From: Endozoicomonadaceae bacterium
GTDB taxonomy: Bacteria > Pseudomonadota > Gammaproteobacteria > Pseudomonadales > Endozoicomonadaceae
NCBI GenBank assembly: GCA_965261725.1
Contig: CBDHDU010000047.1
Coordinates: 88,871-112,870 of the forward strand
DNA: 24,000 bases
Direction: 5' to 3'
Shown here: positions 17,570-24,000 of the stretch, piece after piece
How the letters are laid out: the number at the start of each line of letters is the position of its first letter
Position numbering within the stretch: the first letter of the stretch is position 1
Made by a program: the position numbers and the translations under genes
Notes under the pieces: model-generated
Databases searched by the model: none
What the model was told of the DNA's origin: nothing
What the model saw: only the letters and a program-made list of their open reading frames with translations

Positions 17570-17599
17570 ACGCCCAGTACGGATCCGCATGCCGGGTGG
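17570..17599 (+). ncRNA. Domain V of the outer IIC intron (30-nt short form, CGC triad)
   Basis: ACGCCCAGU-ACG-GAUC-CGC-AU-GCCGGGUGG. The lower helix pairs 17571-17578 with 17591-17598 (one A.C mismatch). The upper helix is 2-3 bp with a 4-nt loop and a 2-nt bulge (AU). The triad is CGC at 17571-17573. The architecture is the same as the O. iheyensis DV as I recall it. Confidence 0.6.
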
Positions 17600-18115
17600 T
17601 GGTGTGTCATGAGAACAGAGTCGGTCTGTTCGTAACTGTAATTGAGATGGAGGAAGGCCCTTCGGTGGTGGCTTCTGGAAGCGACCACCAAACCACTGTG
17701 AGCTGCGCTGATTAAGAGTCAGGGTGGTGAGCGTCACAGAAAAGGCGTAACAAGATTGCGTCAGGTACGAGATCAGGAGATGAACGCAAGTGAACCATTG
17801 ATGACGTGTCGTAAGCATATACATCGACATCAAAAGTGAGGGGCATCACCACCTCATGATAAGTTCAGGGGTTATCCAGTTACCGCCTGAGCGGTGTCCG
17901 GCACAAAGATGGCATGAACTGATTTCAGGCTCTTTTACGGAACATGAGAACCTGTCGCTCTGGTGTTAAGGGAGCCAGCCGAGTTGACGAACAGCAAGGC
18001 TCTGAGTACCAATACAGGGCACAGGGGCGGATCAGCTCGTAGTAGTGTTGAAGCCTCTGTAATGGCGGTGGAGCGAAGGGGCTGACTTATCCAGTGGATG
18101 GAGTAGATCAACCAG

Positions 18116-19384
18116 TTGTATCTTTGGGATGAATCTATGACAGAAGCAAAACCGTTCACAATTTCTAAAAGGCTTGTCTGGCAAGCCTGGCTGAGAGTGA
18201 AAGCCAATAAGGGAGCCGCTGGTATTGATGGTCAGAGCTTGTCTGACTTTGAAATACATCTTGGCGGTAACCTGTACAAACTCTGGAACAGGATGTCATC
18301 GGGAAGTTACTTTCCTCCCCCCGTCATGAGTGTCGACATCGCCAAGAAAGGTGGAGGCACGAGACCGCTGGGGGTACCGACAGTAGCCGACCGTATTGCC
18401 CAGACCGTGGTGAAGCTAATAATCGAGCCGGTAATGGAACGAACGTTTCATGAAAACTCCTATGGCTATAGGCCGAATCGTTCAGCGCATGATGCGTTGG
18501 CGCTAGCCCGAAAACGCTGCTGGAGACGAGACTGGGTCATTGATCTGGATATCAAAGGATTCTTTGACAATCTTGATCATAAACTCATCATGCGAGCAGT
18601 AGAGCACCACATCAAAGAACCTTGGATATTGTTGTACATCAAACGTTGGCTTGAAGCTCCAGCTGAGGGTGAGCACGAGAGAATAGAGAGAACAAAAGGA
18701 ACCCCACAAGGGGGCGTTATCAGTCCCTTACTGGCAAATCTGTTTATGCATTATGCGTTTGATCACTGGCTTGAGCAAAATATCCGGCACGTCTGGTTTG
18801 AGCGATATGCTGATGATGCGCTGATCCACTGTCGCAGCAAACAGGAGGCGGAATCCATACTGGAAGCAGTAAGAAGTCGTTTACTCGACTGTGGTCTTAC
18901 ACTGCACCCGGAAAAGACGAAGCTGGTTTACTGCATGGATGAAGACAGACCGGAAAAGCATGAAAACACCTCTTTTGACTTTCTTGGTTACACCTTCCGT
19001 CCAAGGATGGTCCGAAACCGGTATGGGAAGTTCTTTGTCAGCTTTCTGCCTGCAATAAGCAAAGCCTCGGCCCAGCATATTCGGGATAGGATAAGAGAGT
19101 TGGCTATTCCCACCAAACGATCACTGTATTCTCTTGAAGAGCTTGCAAAGCTGATCAATCCATTCGTTCAGGGCTGGATAAATTACTTTGGGAAATTTTA
19201 TCCCTCGGCAATGAGAAGAGTCCTGAGCTATGTGGAAGCAACACTGGTTCGCTGGGCTATGGGCAAATGCAAGAAATTGAGGGGCCGTAAGAAGCGGGCA
19301 GCTTCCTGTTTGGGGCGAATCGCAAAAAGGGCTCCGTGGTTAATGACACATTGGCGAGCAGGCTGTGTGTCAGCGGTTGGATAA
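18116..19384 (+). CDS. Group II intron reverse transcriptase/maturase (inner intron IEP; no endonuclease domain)
   Basis: RT motifs: NKGAAGIDGQS, GGGTRPLGVPTVADRIAQTV, SYGYRPNRSAHDA, DLDIKGFFDN, GTPQGGVISPLLANL and YADD. Maturase region: QGWINYFGKFY. The likely true start is ATG 18137 (MTEAKPF). Confidence 0.9.
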   Translation: MYLWDESMTEAKPFTISKRLVWQAWLRVKANKGAAGIDGQSLSDFEIHLGGNLYKLWNRMSSGSYFPPPVMSVDIAKKGGGTRPLGVPTVADRIAQTVVKLIIEPVMERTFHENSYGYRPNRSAHDALALARKRCWRRDWVIDLDIKGFFDNLDHKLIMRAVEHHIKEPWILLYIKRWLEAPAEGEHERIERTKGTPQGGVISPLLANLFMHYAFDHWLEQNIRHVWFERYADDALIHCRSKQEAESILEAVRSRLLDCGLTLHPEKTKLVYCMDEDRPEKHENTSFDFLGYTFRPRMVRNRYGKFFVSFLPAISKASAQHIRDRIRELAIPTKRSLYSLEELAKLINPFVQGWINYFGKFYPSAMRRVLSYVEATLVRWAMGKCKKLRGRKKRAASCLGRIAKRAPWLMTHWRAGCVSAVG

Positions 19385-19387
19385 GAA

Positions 19388-19421
19388 GAGCCGGATGAGG
19401 GGAGACTTTCAAGTCCGGTTC
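19388..19421 (+). ncRNA. Domain V of the inner intron (canonical 34 nt)
   Basis: GAGCCGGAU-GAGGG-GAGA-CUUUC-AA-GUCCGGUUC. It has a 9-bp lower helix with the AGC triad, a 5-bp upper helix, a GNRA (GAGA) tetraloop and a 2-nt AA bulge. It begins 4 nt after the RT stop codon. Confidence 0.85.
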
Positions 19422-19462
19422 TGTGAGCAGCTGAAGGGGAGGTTCCTTCGGTTGACTCGACT

Positions 19463-19497
19463 GGGAGGAGCGTAGCTGTGAAGCTACGCCCTATCCC
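19463..19497 (+). ncRNA. Domain VI of the outer IIC intron
   Basis: GGGA-GGA-GCGUAGCU-GUGA-AGCUACGC-CCUA-UCCC. The hairpin has 12 bp and a GNRA loop. Unpaired A 19493 on the 3' strand is 8 nt from the proposed 3' splice site (GAU|, 19500). Confidence 0.6.
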
Positions 19498-19624
19498 GAT
19501 TTGGGCATTATGAATTTTTAGCCTTTAACTTTCCTCTCTTTCACTCCATACAGTCTACTCTTTAGCTTTCAAGCTACCCGTCAGGGTAACCCTCAAAAGA
19601 TGCATATAATTTATGAGGTTTGAA

Positions 19625-20668
19625 ATGCTACGAATGAAGAACAAAACGTTTAGCGTTTTATTATCCCTCCTTCTTGTATTTCCATTTCTAAATGTCCATG
19701 CCAAGACAAAAAATGAGCTTGCAGAAGAATGGATTCAGCAACTTTACATTCAAGGGATGGCAGGTAGAGCAGTTATTTACAGACTGCGGGCAGAGCTGTG
19801 TGCTGCTGATGTTGCTGTTGAAAAGGAAGTTATTGAGAGAATAGTCAGAGCTGCGGAGTGTGGCGCTCATGCATTAATGGACAATTTTTTTGAAGCTCGG
19901 GTGGCCTTGGCGAAGGAGCACTTCGGAAGCATAGAGGACTTCTCTAAGCCCTATCTAGATGCACATAAGCATTATGTTGGGGAAACGCATAAATATCGTA
20001 TTCCTCTTAGGAATGTGGATCAGGAGTTAGGATTTGCAGAGAATTTAACGCTAAGAGAGTATTTTTTTGGTTATTTACAGCGATATGGAAACTCATCAAG
20101 AAGCGTCTATCCTGCTGTTTTAAAAATGGTTGCTTTATGTGAGGCCTCAGTTTCACAAGCCGAGTATGATGTTGACCAGGAAGAGAAACTAACTATTGAA
20201 TTGATCAGGTATGAAGAACTACTTAAGTTGAAACAAATTCTGTTAAAAGAAGCAGTGCCACAAGTATTTGAGCAGTCAAAAACACCAGAAGTTTGTTTGG
20301 CTGCAGGGGCAATAACTAAGTTAAATTCATTTGTACGTCACCCAATAACTGTTGAATTTGTTTTAAAGATTGATGATTCTGAATTCACTGCAGCTATGGA
20401 TTGCTGGAAAGATCATCAACAGTGGCCTCAGGGAGGGCCATGCTCAACGCTCATAGGCATGAGAGAAAAAGTAAACCAACTTATATCAATTCTGGATAAA
20501 GAAGAGTTTAAATTTGAACAAATTATCCCGGCAGGAGGTGGCAGGTTTTCATCTGCCAAGTGGGCAGAAATGGATTCAGTGGAGGAGCTTAATCGATACC
20601 AGAAGAGTTTTTCTGAATATCTAAAAGAATCACGCAAGAAATATGCTCCTAAGCCCTCGGAGCAATAG
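19625..20668 (+). CDS. Secreted hypothetical protein (signal peptide), no recognised family
   Basis: A long ORF in an AT-richer stretch. The signal peptide is MKNKTFSVLLSLLLVFPFLNVHA/KT. The start at 19625 is preceded by GAGG with 6-nt spacing; the ORF track starts at 19613. Confidence 0.55.
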   Translation: MLRMKNKTFSVLLSLLLVFPFLNVHAKTKNELAEEWIQQLYIQGMAGRAVIYRLRAELCAADVAVEKEVIERIVRAAECGAHALMDNFFEARVALAKEHFGSIEDFSKPYLDAHKHYVGETHKYRIPLRNVDQELGFAENLTLREYFFGYLQRYGNSSRSVYPAVLKMVALCEASVSQAEYDVDQEEKLTIELIRYEELLKLKQILLKEAVPQVFEQSKTPEVCLAAGAITKLNSFVRHPITVEFVLKIDDSEFTAAMDCWKDHQQWPQGGPCSTLIGMREKVNQLISILDKEEFKFEQIIPAGGGRFSSAKWAEMDSVEELNRYQKSFSEYLKESRKKYAPKPSEQ

Positions 20669-20765
20669 CGGATTTATCAATCTAGCTGGAGAGTAGAAGC
20701 TACTTTGCCATCGCCCCTCACCCGCGTATAGTGGAAAATACGCATAAGCCAATGAGGGACTTGCG

Positions 20766-21113
20766 ATGAGCGAAATGGACGAGCTCTACCTTTGTTTGCT
20801 GTACCTGAGAAGTACCTGCGAACGTCTGGCGGCAACACTGGTTTGCTACCTTGCCGCCAGACCCAATGAGGAGGGCGATTCGACAATCCTTGTCCCGGTT
20901 ATGGTATCACTGCAATCAAAACAGGAAAAAATAGCCCACCGGCTCGATACCTGCTTTCCCGATTATATGGAAGAAAAGCGCTGGCATGAAGCGGATGTCA
21001 TGACTGCCCAGTTGCTTAATTTGAGTGATGAATCCCGCAGCGAACTCCAGCAATTGTGTATGACTGAAATGCAGACTTTGCAGGCGGTCGGTTCACTTTT
21101 CCCGGAACGATAA
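20766..21113 (+). CDS. Small acidic hypothetical protein (115 aa)
   Basis: This is the only sizeable ORF in the interval. It is on the same strand as, and 97 nt downstream of, the secreted protein gene. GAGGGA lies 7 nt upstream of the ATG. I recognise no motif. Confidence 0.4.
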   Translation: MSEMDELYLCLLYLRSTCERLAATLVCYLAARPNEEGDSTILVPVMVSLQSKQEKIAHRLDTCFPDYMEEKRWHEADVMTAQLLNLSDESRSELQQLCMTEMQTLQAVGSLFPER

Positions 21114-21324
21114 TTGTTGATAACCCTGCACCTGATAATACTGCGTACTTCTGCCTGAATTACCTGCCCTGATACGTTGCTCACGTTTTGTATAGTGGGC
21201 AGCTTTTATGCTTATTGTGAATACCCATATATTATCAAGTATTATTGTTTTGTTTCTACGTAACAAACTGTGGCTATTATTTCGCCTGCTTCTATAGCCC
21301 TTGTAAATACTGGCTTTTAATGAC

Positions 21325-21417
21325 TTATCCACATCTAGTTAACAGTCTTATTCAGGGTTTCTGTGAACAACTTATCAACAGTTTTACGGTGTGGATAAAG
21401 GTAAAAAAGTATCCACT
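21325..21417. promoter_or_regulatory. Cluster of DnaA boxes
   Basis: Perfect TTATCCACA at 21325-21333. TTATCAACA (8/9) at 21372-21380. Perfect box on the other strand, TGTGGATAA, at 21390-21398. GTATCCACT (7/9) at 21409-21417. All lie within 93 bp, 126-218 bp upstream of dcuB. Confidence 0.5.
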
Positions 21418-21542
21418 TTTGACTGCTATTGCGTCCTTCAGCCCCTTTGCTTCCCGCAGAGCCTGAATTCCTTTCATATACTTGTTCCCTGTTCGATCCG
21501 TTTCCCCGTGCCTGCGGAAGTACGTTGCAGAGTTGAGGTAGT

Positions 21543-22871
21543 ATGTTCTGGCTGCAGTTTCTGGTTGTGATTACGTGCATTTTGGTAGGTGCCAGAGTTG
21601 GTGGTATCGGACTGGGGGCTATGGGTGGGCTAGGCCTTGCTATTCTGACCTTTGGCTTTGGGCTGGAGCCTACTTCCCCCCCCATTAACGTCATGCTGAT
21701 GATGATGTCTGTGGTGGCCGCTGCGTCGTCATTGCAGGCTGCCGGGGGGCTGGATTATCTGGTGGGTGTGGCAGAACGAATATTACGCCGTAATCCTGAC
21801 AAAATAACCTTTCTCGGACCTTTGGTTACTTACACCTTTACCTTTTTTGCCGGAACCGGACATGTGGCTTATTCCGTATTGCCGGTGATTGCGGAAGTGG
21901 CCAGAAAAACCGGTGTGCGCCCTGAGCGCCCTTTAAGTATTGCAGTGATTGCTTCCCAGCAGGCGATAGCTGCCTGTCCGATCTCGGCAGCCACTGTTGC
22001 ACTGGTAGCGTTACTTGCTCCGACTGGGTATGAATTGCTGGATATTTTGATGGTCACATTACCGGCAACCCTTGCGGCAGTCATGATTGCTGCTTTCTTC
22101 GCCAATCGTCAGGGCATTGATCTGGATAAAGACCCAGAGTACCAACGCCGCATGCAGGATCCGGTATTTCGGAAACGTATTGAACATGGTGTGGATAAAA
22201 CAGTAACCGAAACACGTGCGGGAGCCAGGTTATCTGTTGTCATATTTTTGCTGGGTGCTGTCGGGGTGGTGTTGTTTGGTTCATTCCCGGAGTTGCGCCC
22301 CGCATATCAGACAGCTGATGGCACGGTGCGACTGGTTGGTATGGCTCATACTATTGAAATTGTCATGTTGAGTGTTTCCGCAGCAATATTCCTGCTCTGT
22401 AAGGCCAAAGCCAGCGATGTGGCGCTGGGCAGTGTGTTTATGTCAGGCTCGCAGGCGGTCATTGCAATCTTCGGTATCGCCTGGATGGGTGACTCATTCT
22501 TCAACGGTCATATGGAAGTTTTCAGTACCTCGATTGAAAGTCTGGTGCAGGCGGCTCCCTGGACATTTGCCTTGGCTTTGTTTGTTTTATCTATCATGGT
22601 CAACAGTCAGGCTGCCACTGTAACCGCGTTGATTCCCCTGGGTATTGCTTTGGGGATTCCCGGTTATATGTTGATTGCCATGTTTCCGGCCGTTAATGGC
22701 TACTTTTTTGTGCCCAACTATCCGCCGATTATTGCAGCCATTGGTTTTGATATAACCGGCTCAACAAAAATCGGACGGTTTGTATTTAATCACAGCTTTA
22801 TGCTGCCGGGAGTAATAGCAACTGTTCTCGGTGTGTCATTCGGATTTGTGTTTTCAAGTATTCTTTTCTAG
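21543..22871 (+). CDS. dcuB: Anaerobic C4-dicarboxylate transporter, DcuA/DcuB family (closer to DcuB by eye)
   Basis: 442 aa and polytopic. PPINVMLMMMSVVAAASSLQAAGGLDYL, RRNPDKITFLGPLVTY, GTGHVAYSVLPVIAEVARKTGVRPERPL, DLDKDPEYQ and GRFVFNHSFMLPG parallel E. coli DcuB. Confidence 0.85.
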   Translation: MFWLQFLVVITCILVGARVGGIGLGAMGGLGLAILTFGFGLEPTSPPINVMLMMMSVVAAASSLQAAGGLDYLVGVAERILRRNPDKITFLGPLVTYTFTFFAGTGHVAYSVLPVIAEVARKTGVRPERPLSIAVIASQQAIAACPISAATVALVALLAPTGYELLDILMVTLPATLAAVMIAAFFANRQGIDLDKDPEYQRRMQDPVFRKRIEHGVDKTVTETRAGARLSVVIFLLGAVGVVLFGSFPELRPAYQTADGTVRLVGMAHTIEIVMLSVSAAIFLLCKAKASDVALGSVFMSGSQAVIAIFGIAWMGDSFFNGHMEVFSTSIESLVQAAPWTFALALFVLSIMVNSQAATVTALIPLGIALGIPGYMLIAMFPAVNGYFFVPNYPPIIAAIGFDITGSTKIGRFVFNHSFMLPGVIATVLGVSFGFVFSSILF

Positions 22872-22888
22872 AAAGCTGTCGGATTCAC

Positions 22889-22910
22889 CAGAACCCGACA
22901 GCGGGTTCTG
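22889..22910. terminator. Hairpin between convergent dcuB and acs (bidirectional terminator candidate)
   Basis: CAGAACCC-GACAGC-GGGTTCTG (8-bp stem) overlaps a second possible stem, GCTGTCGG...CCGACAGC (22875-22902). It lies between the two stop codons. Confidence 0.45.
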
Positions 22911-22912
22911 AA

Positions 22913-24000
22913 TTATGCTGCGCTTATATCGCTGTGGCTGCTGATAAGAGCCTGAACAACTGTCGGGTCGGCGAGTGTGGATGTATCGCCGAGGTGTTCA
23001 TATTCTCCGACCGCAATTTTTCGCAGAATGCGGCGCATGATTTTTCCTGATCTTGTTTTAGGCAGGCTGGGCGCATGCTGAATAATATCAGGCATGGCAA
23101 TTGCCCCGATTTCATTGCGAACCCAGTCTTTTAATTGCTGTTCCAGTGCATTGTCATATACAGCTTCCTGCATCAGGCTGATATAGGCGTAGATTCCCTG
23201 ACCTTTAATGTGATGTGGATAACCAACCACGGCGGCTTCAGCTACGGCAGGATGAGAAACAAGAGCACTCTCTATTTCCGCAGTGCCCATCCGGTGACCG
23301 GAAACATTTAATACATCATCAACACGTCCGGTGATCCAGTAATAGCCATCTTCATCCCGACGGGCACCATCGCCGGTGGAGTACATGCCTTTGAACGTAG
23401 AGAAATAAGTTTGCATAAAACGATCATGGTCGCCGTATATCGTGCGGGCCTGTCCCGGCCAGCTATCTAACAGCACCAGATTGCCAGAGGTTTCGCCGGA
23501 CTTGATATTACCTTCGTTATCCACAATCGCAGGTTTAACACCAAATAACGGACGGGTAGCTGAACCCGGTTTTAATGTTGTTGCACCCGGTAGCGGCGCA
23601 ATCAATGCTGCGCCGGTTTCTGTCTGCCACCAGGTATCAATAACCGGGCAGCGGTCATTGCCAATGGTTTGACGATACCAGACCCAGGCCTCCGGATTGA
23701 TCGGTTCGCCGACAGTACCCAGTAAACGCAGGCTGCTGCGATCGGTATCTTCAATAGCCGCATCCCCTTTAGCCATCAGCGCCCGAATCGCTGTCGGGGC
23801 GGTGTAGAGAATGTTGACCCGGTACTTATCAATAATCAGGCTCATGCGATTGGTGTTCGGGTAGTTCGGTACTCCTTCATGCATGACCATGGAGGCTCCA
23901 TTGCTTAATGGTCCGTATACCATATAAGTATGCCCGGTAATCCAGCCGACATCAGCGCAACACCAGAAGGTTTCCCCTTCACGATAATCAAAAATATATT
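22913..24000 (-). CDS. acs: Acetyl-CoA synthetase (AMP-forming), C-terminal about 360 aa; the 5' end lies beyond the window
   Basis: The frame stays open to the window edge (..[25 protein letters not shown]..). [72 protein letters not shown] and [18 protein letters not shown] are classic Acs motifs. Confidence 0.95.
   Translation of the reverse strand, partial: YIFDYREGETFWCCADVGWITGHTYMVYGPLSNGASMVMHEGVPNYPNTNRMSLIIDKYRVNILYTAPTAIRALMAKGDAAIEDTDRSSLRLLGTVGEPINPEAWVWYRQTIGNDRCPVIDTWWQTETGAALIAPLPGATTLKPGSATRPLFGVKPAIVDNEGNIKSGETSGNLVLLDSWPGQARTIYGDHDRFMQTYFSTFKGMYSTGDGARRDEDGYYWITGRVDDVLNVSGHRMGTAEIESALVSHPAVAEAAVVGYPHHIKGQGIYAYISLMQEAVYDNALEQQLKDWVRNEIGAIAMPDIIQHAPSLPKTRSGKIMRRILRKIAVGEYEHLGDTSTLADPTVVQALISSHSDISAA

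Larger units (their letters stand above)
17602..19461 (+). mobile_element. Group II intron (inner intron of the twintron; AGC-triad, IIB-like), 1860 nt, full length
   Basis: It starts GTGTG at 17602. DI-DIII-like structured RNA spans 17602-18115. It has an RT/maturase ORF, a canonical 34-nt DV (19388-19421), and a DVI (19425-19458) with bulged A 19455 seven nt from the 3' end ...CTCGAC (19461). Confidence 0.75.
15782..19500 (+). mobile_element. Group II intron, class IIC (outer intron of a twintron; 1859 nt once the inner intron is removed)
   Basis: The 5' end is GTGTGCCGAGCATGTTGCACAGTTTGGGGGTGAAAGTCCCC, and CAGAAGTCAGCAGA lies before DIV. Both resemble the Oceanobacillus iheyensis IIC intron as I recall it. 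The element sits right after a terminator. It has an RT ORF in DIV, a short CGC-triad DV at 17570-17599, and a DVI hairpin at 19463-19497 with bulged A 19493, ending ...CCCGAT at 19500. Confidence 0.75.

Noticed and set aside
15777-18259. Minus-strand ORFs of 75-121 aa (15777-16142, 17546-17833, 17935-18207, 18032-18259)
   Set aside because: They lie antisense to the structured DI-DIII ribozyme regions of the two group II introns, and their translations are unrecognisable. The RNA structure explains the open frames.
16235-19384. Two reverse transcriptases considered as a retron, DGR or Abi-type RT defence system
   Set aside because: Both have the group II maturase (X) region. Both are embedded between GUGYG 5' ends and DV/DVI ribozyme domains. 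I saw no msr/msd-like repeats, no TR/VR repeat pair, and no accessory effector genes.
19463-19497. Strong GNRA-capped hairpin first read as a terminator or attC-like site, or as an aberrant DV
   Set aside because: It has no U-tract and no AGC or CGC triad geometry. It carries a bulged A at the right distance from an AU 3' end. It also follows the outer DV exactly once the inner intron is removed, so domain VI of the outer intron is the better explanation.
21114-21542. Chromosomal replication origin (oriC)
   Set aside because: DnaA boxes are present, but I saw no array of AT-rich 13-mer-like repeats. The neighbouring genes are not the usual gammaproteobacterial oriC neighbours (gidA/mnmG, mioC, dnaA). 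It is kept as a DnaA-box cluster finding instead.
1-24000. CRISPR arrays, rRNA genes and prophage structural genes
   Set aside because: On reading both strands I noticed no regularly spaced direct repeats, rRNA-like sequence or phage gene translations.

Overview
This looks like a chromosomal segment of a gammaproteobacterium. My guess is a marine Oceanospirillales or Endozoicomonas-like organism, based only on gene content and IS load. Housekeeping genes: partial tetR-family regulator, leuA, a divergent lrp/asnC-family regulator, a REC-EAL c-di-GMP phosphodiesterase, cytochrome c5, tRNA-Arg(CCG), yqhD-like alcohol dehydrogenase, acuI/yhdH-like reductase, RNase Z/BN, dcuB-like C4-dicarboxylate transporter, and partial acs. 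These are interrupted by two accessory patches. Patch 1 (about 600-6300) holds three unrelated IS elements: ISAs1 family, IS1595 family and an IS1380-like element. They surround a eukaryote-type choline/carnitine O-acyltransferase homologue, and both termini of its ORF are now IS-derived sequence. Patch 2 (15782-19500) is the most unusual structure. It is an apparent bacterial twintron: a class IIC group II intron sits directly after an intrinsic terminator, and its DV-DVI linker is split by a second complete group II intron with a canonical AGC-type DV. The inner intron's putative EBS1 is complementary to the outer intron's DV 3' strand. Upstream of that terminator are a sigma-54 -24/-12 promoter, TGTTAC/GTAACA half-sites and A-rich ARN tracts, which suggests a CrcZ-like sRNA. 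Other points: an AT-rich orphan gene pair (19.6-21.1 kb) and a tight cluster of DnaA boxes upstream of dcuB. No CRISPR array, rRNA or prophage genes were seen. All homology calls come from reading the translations and recalling motifs, not from searches.
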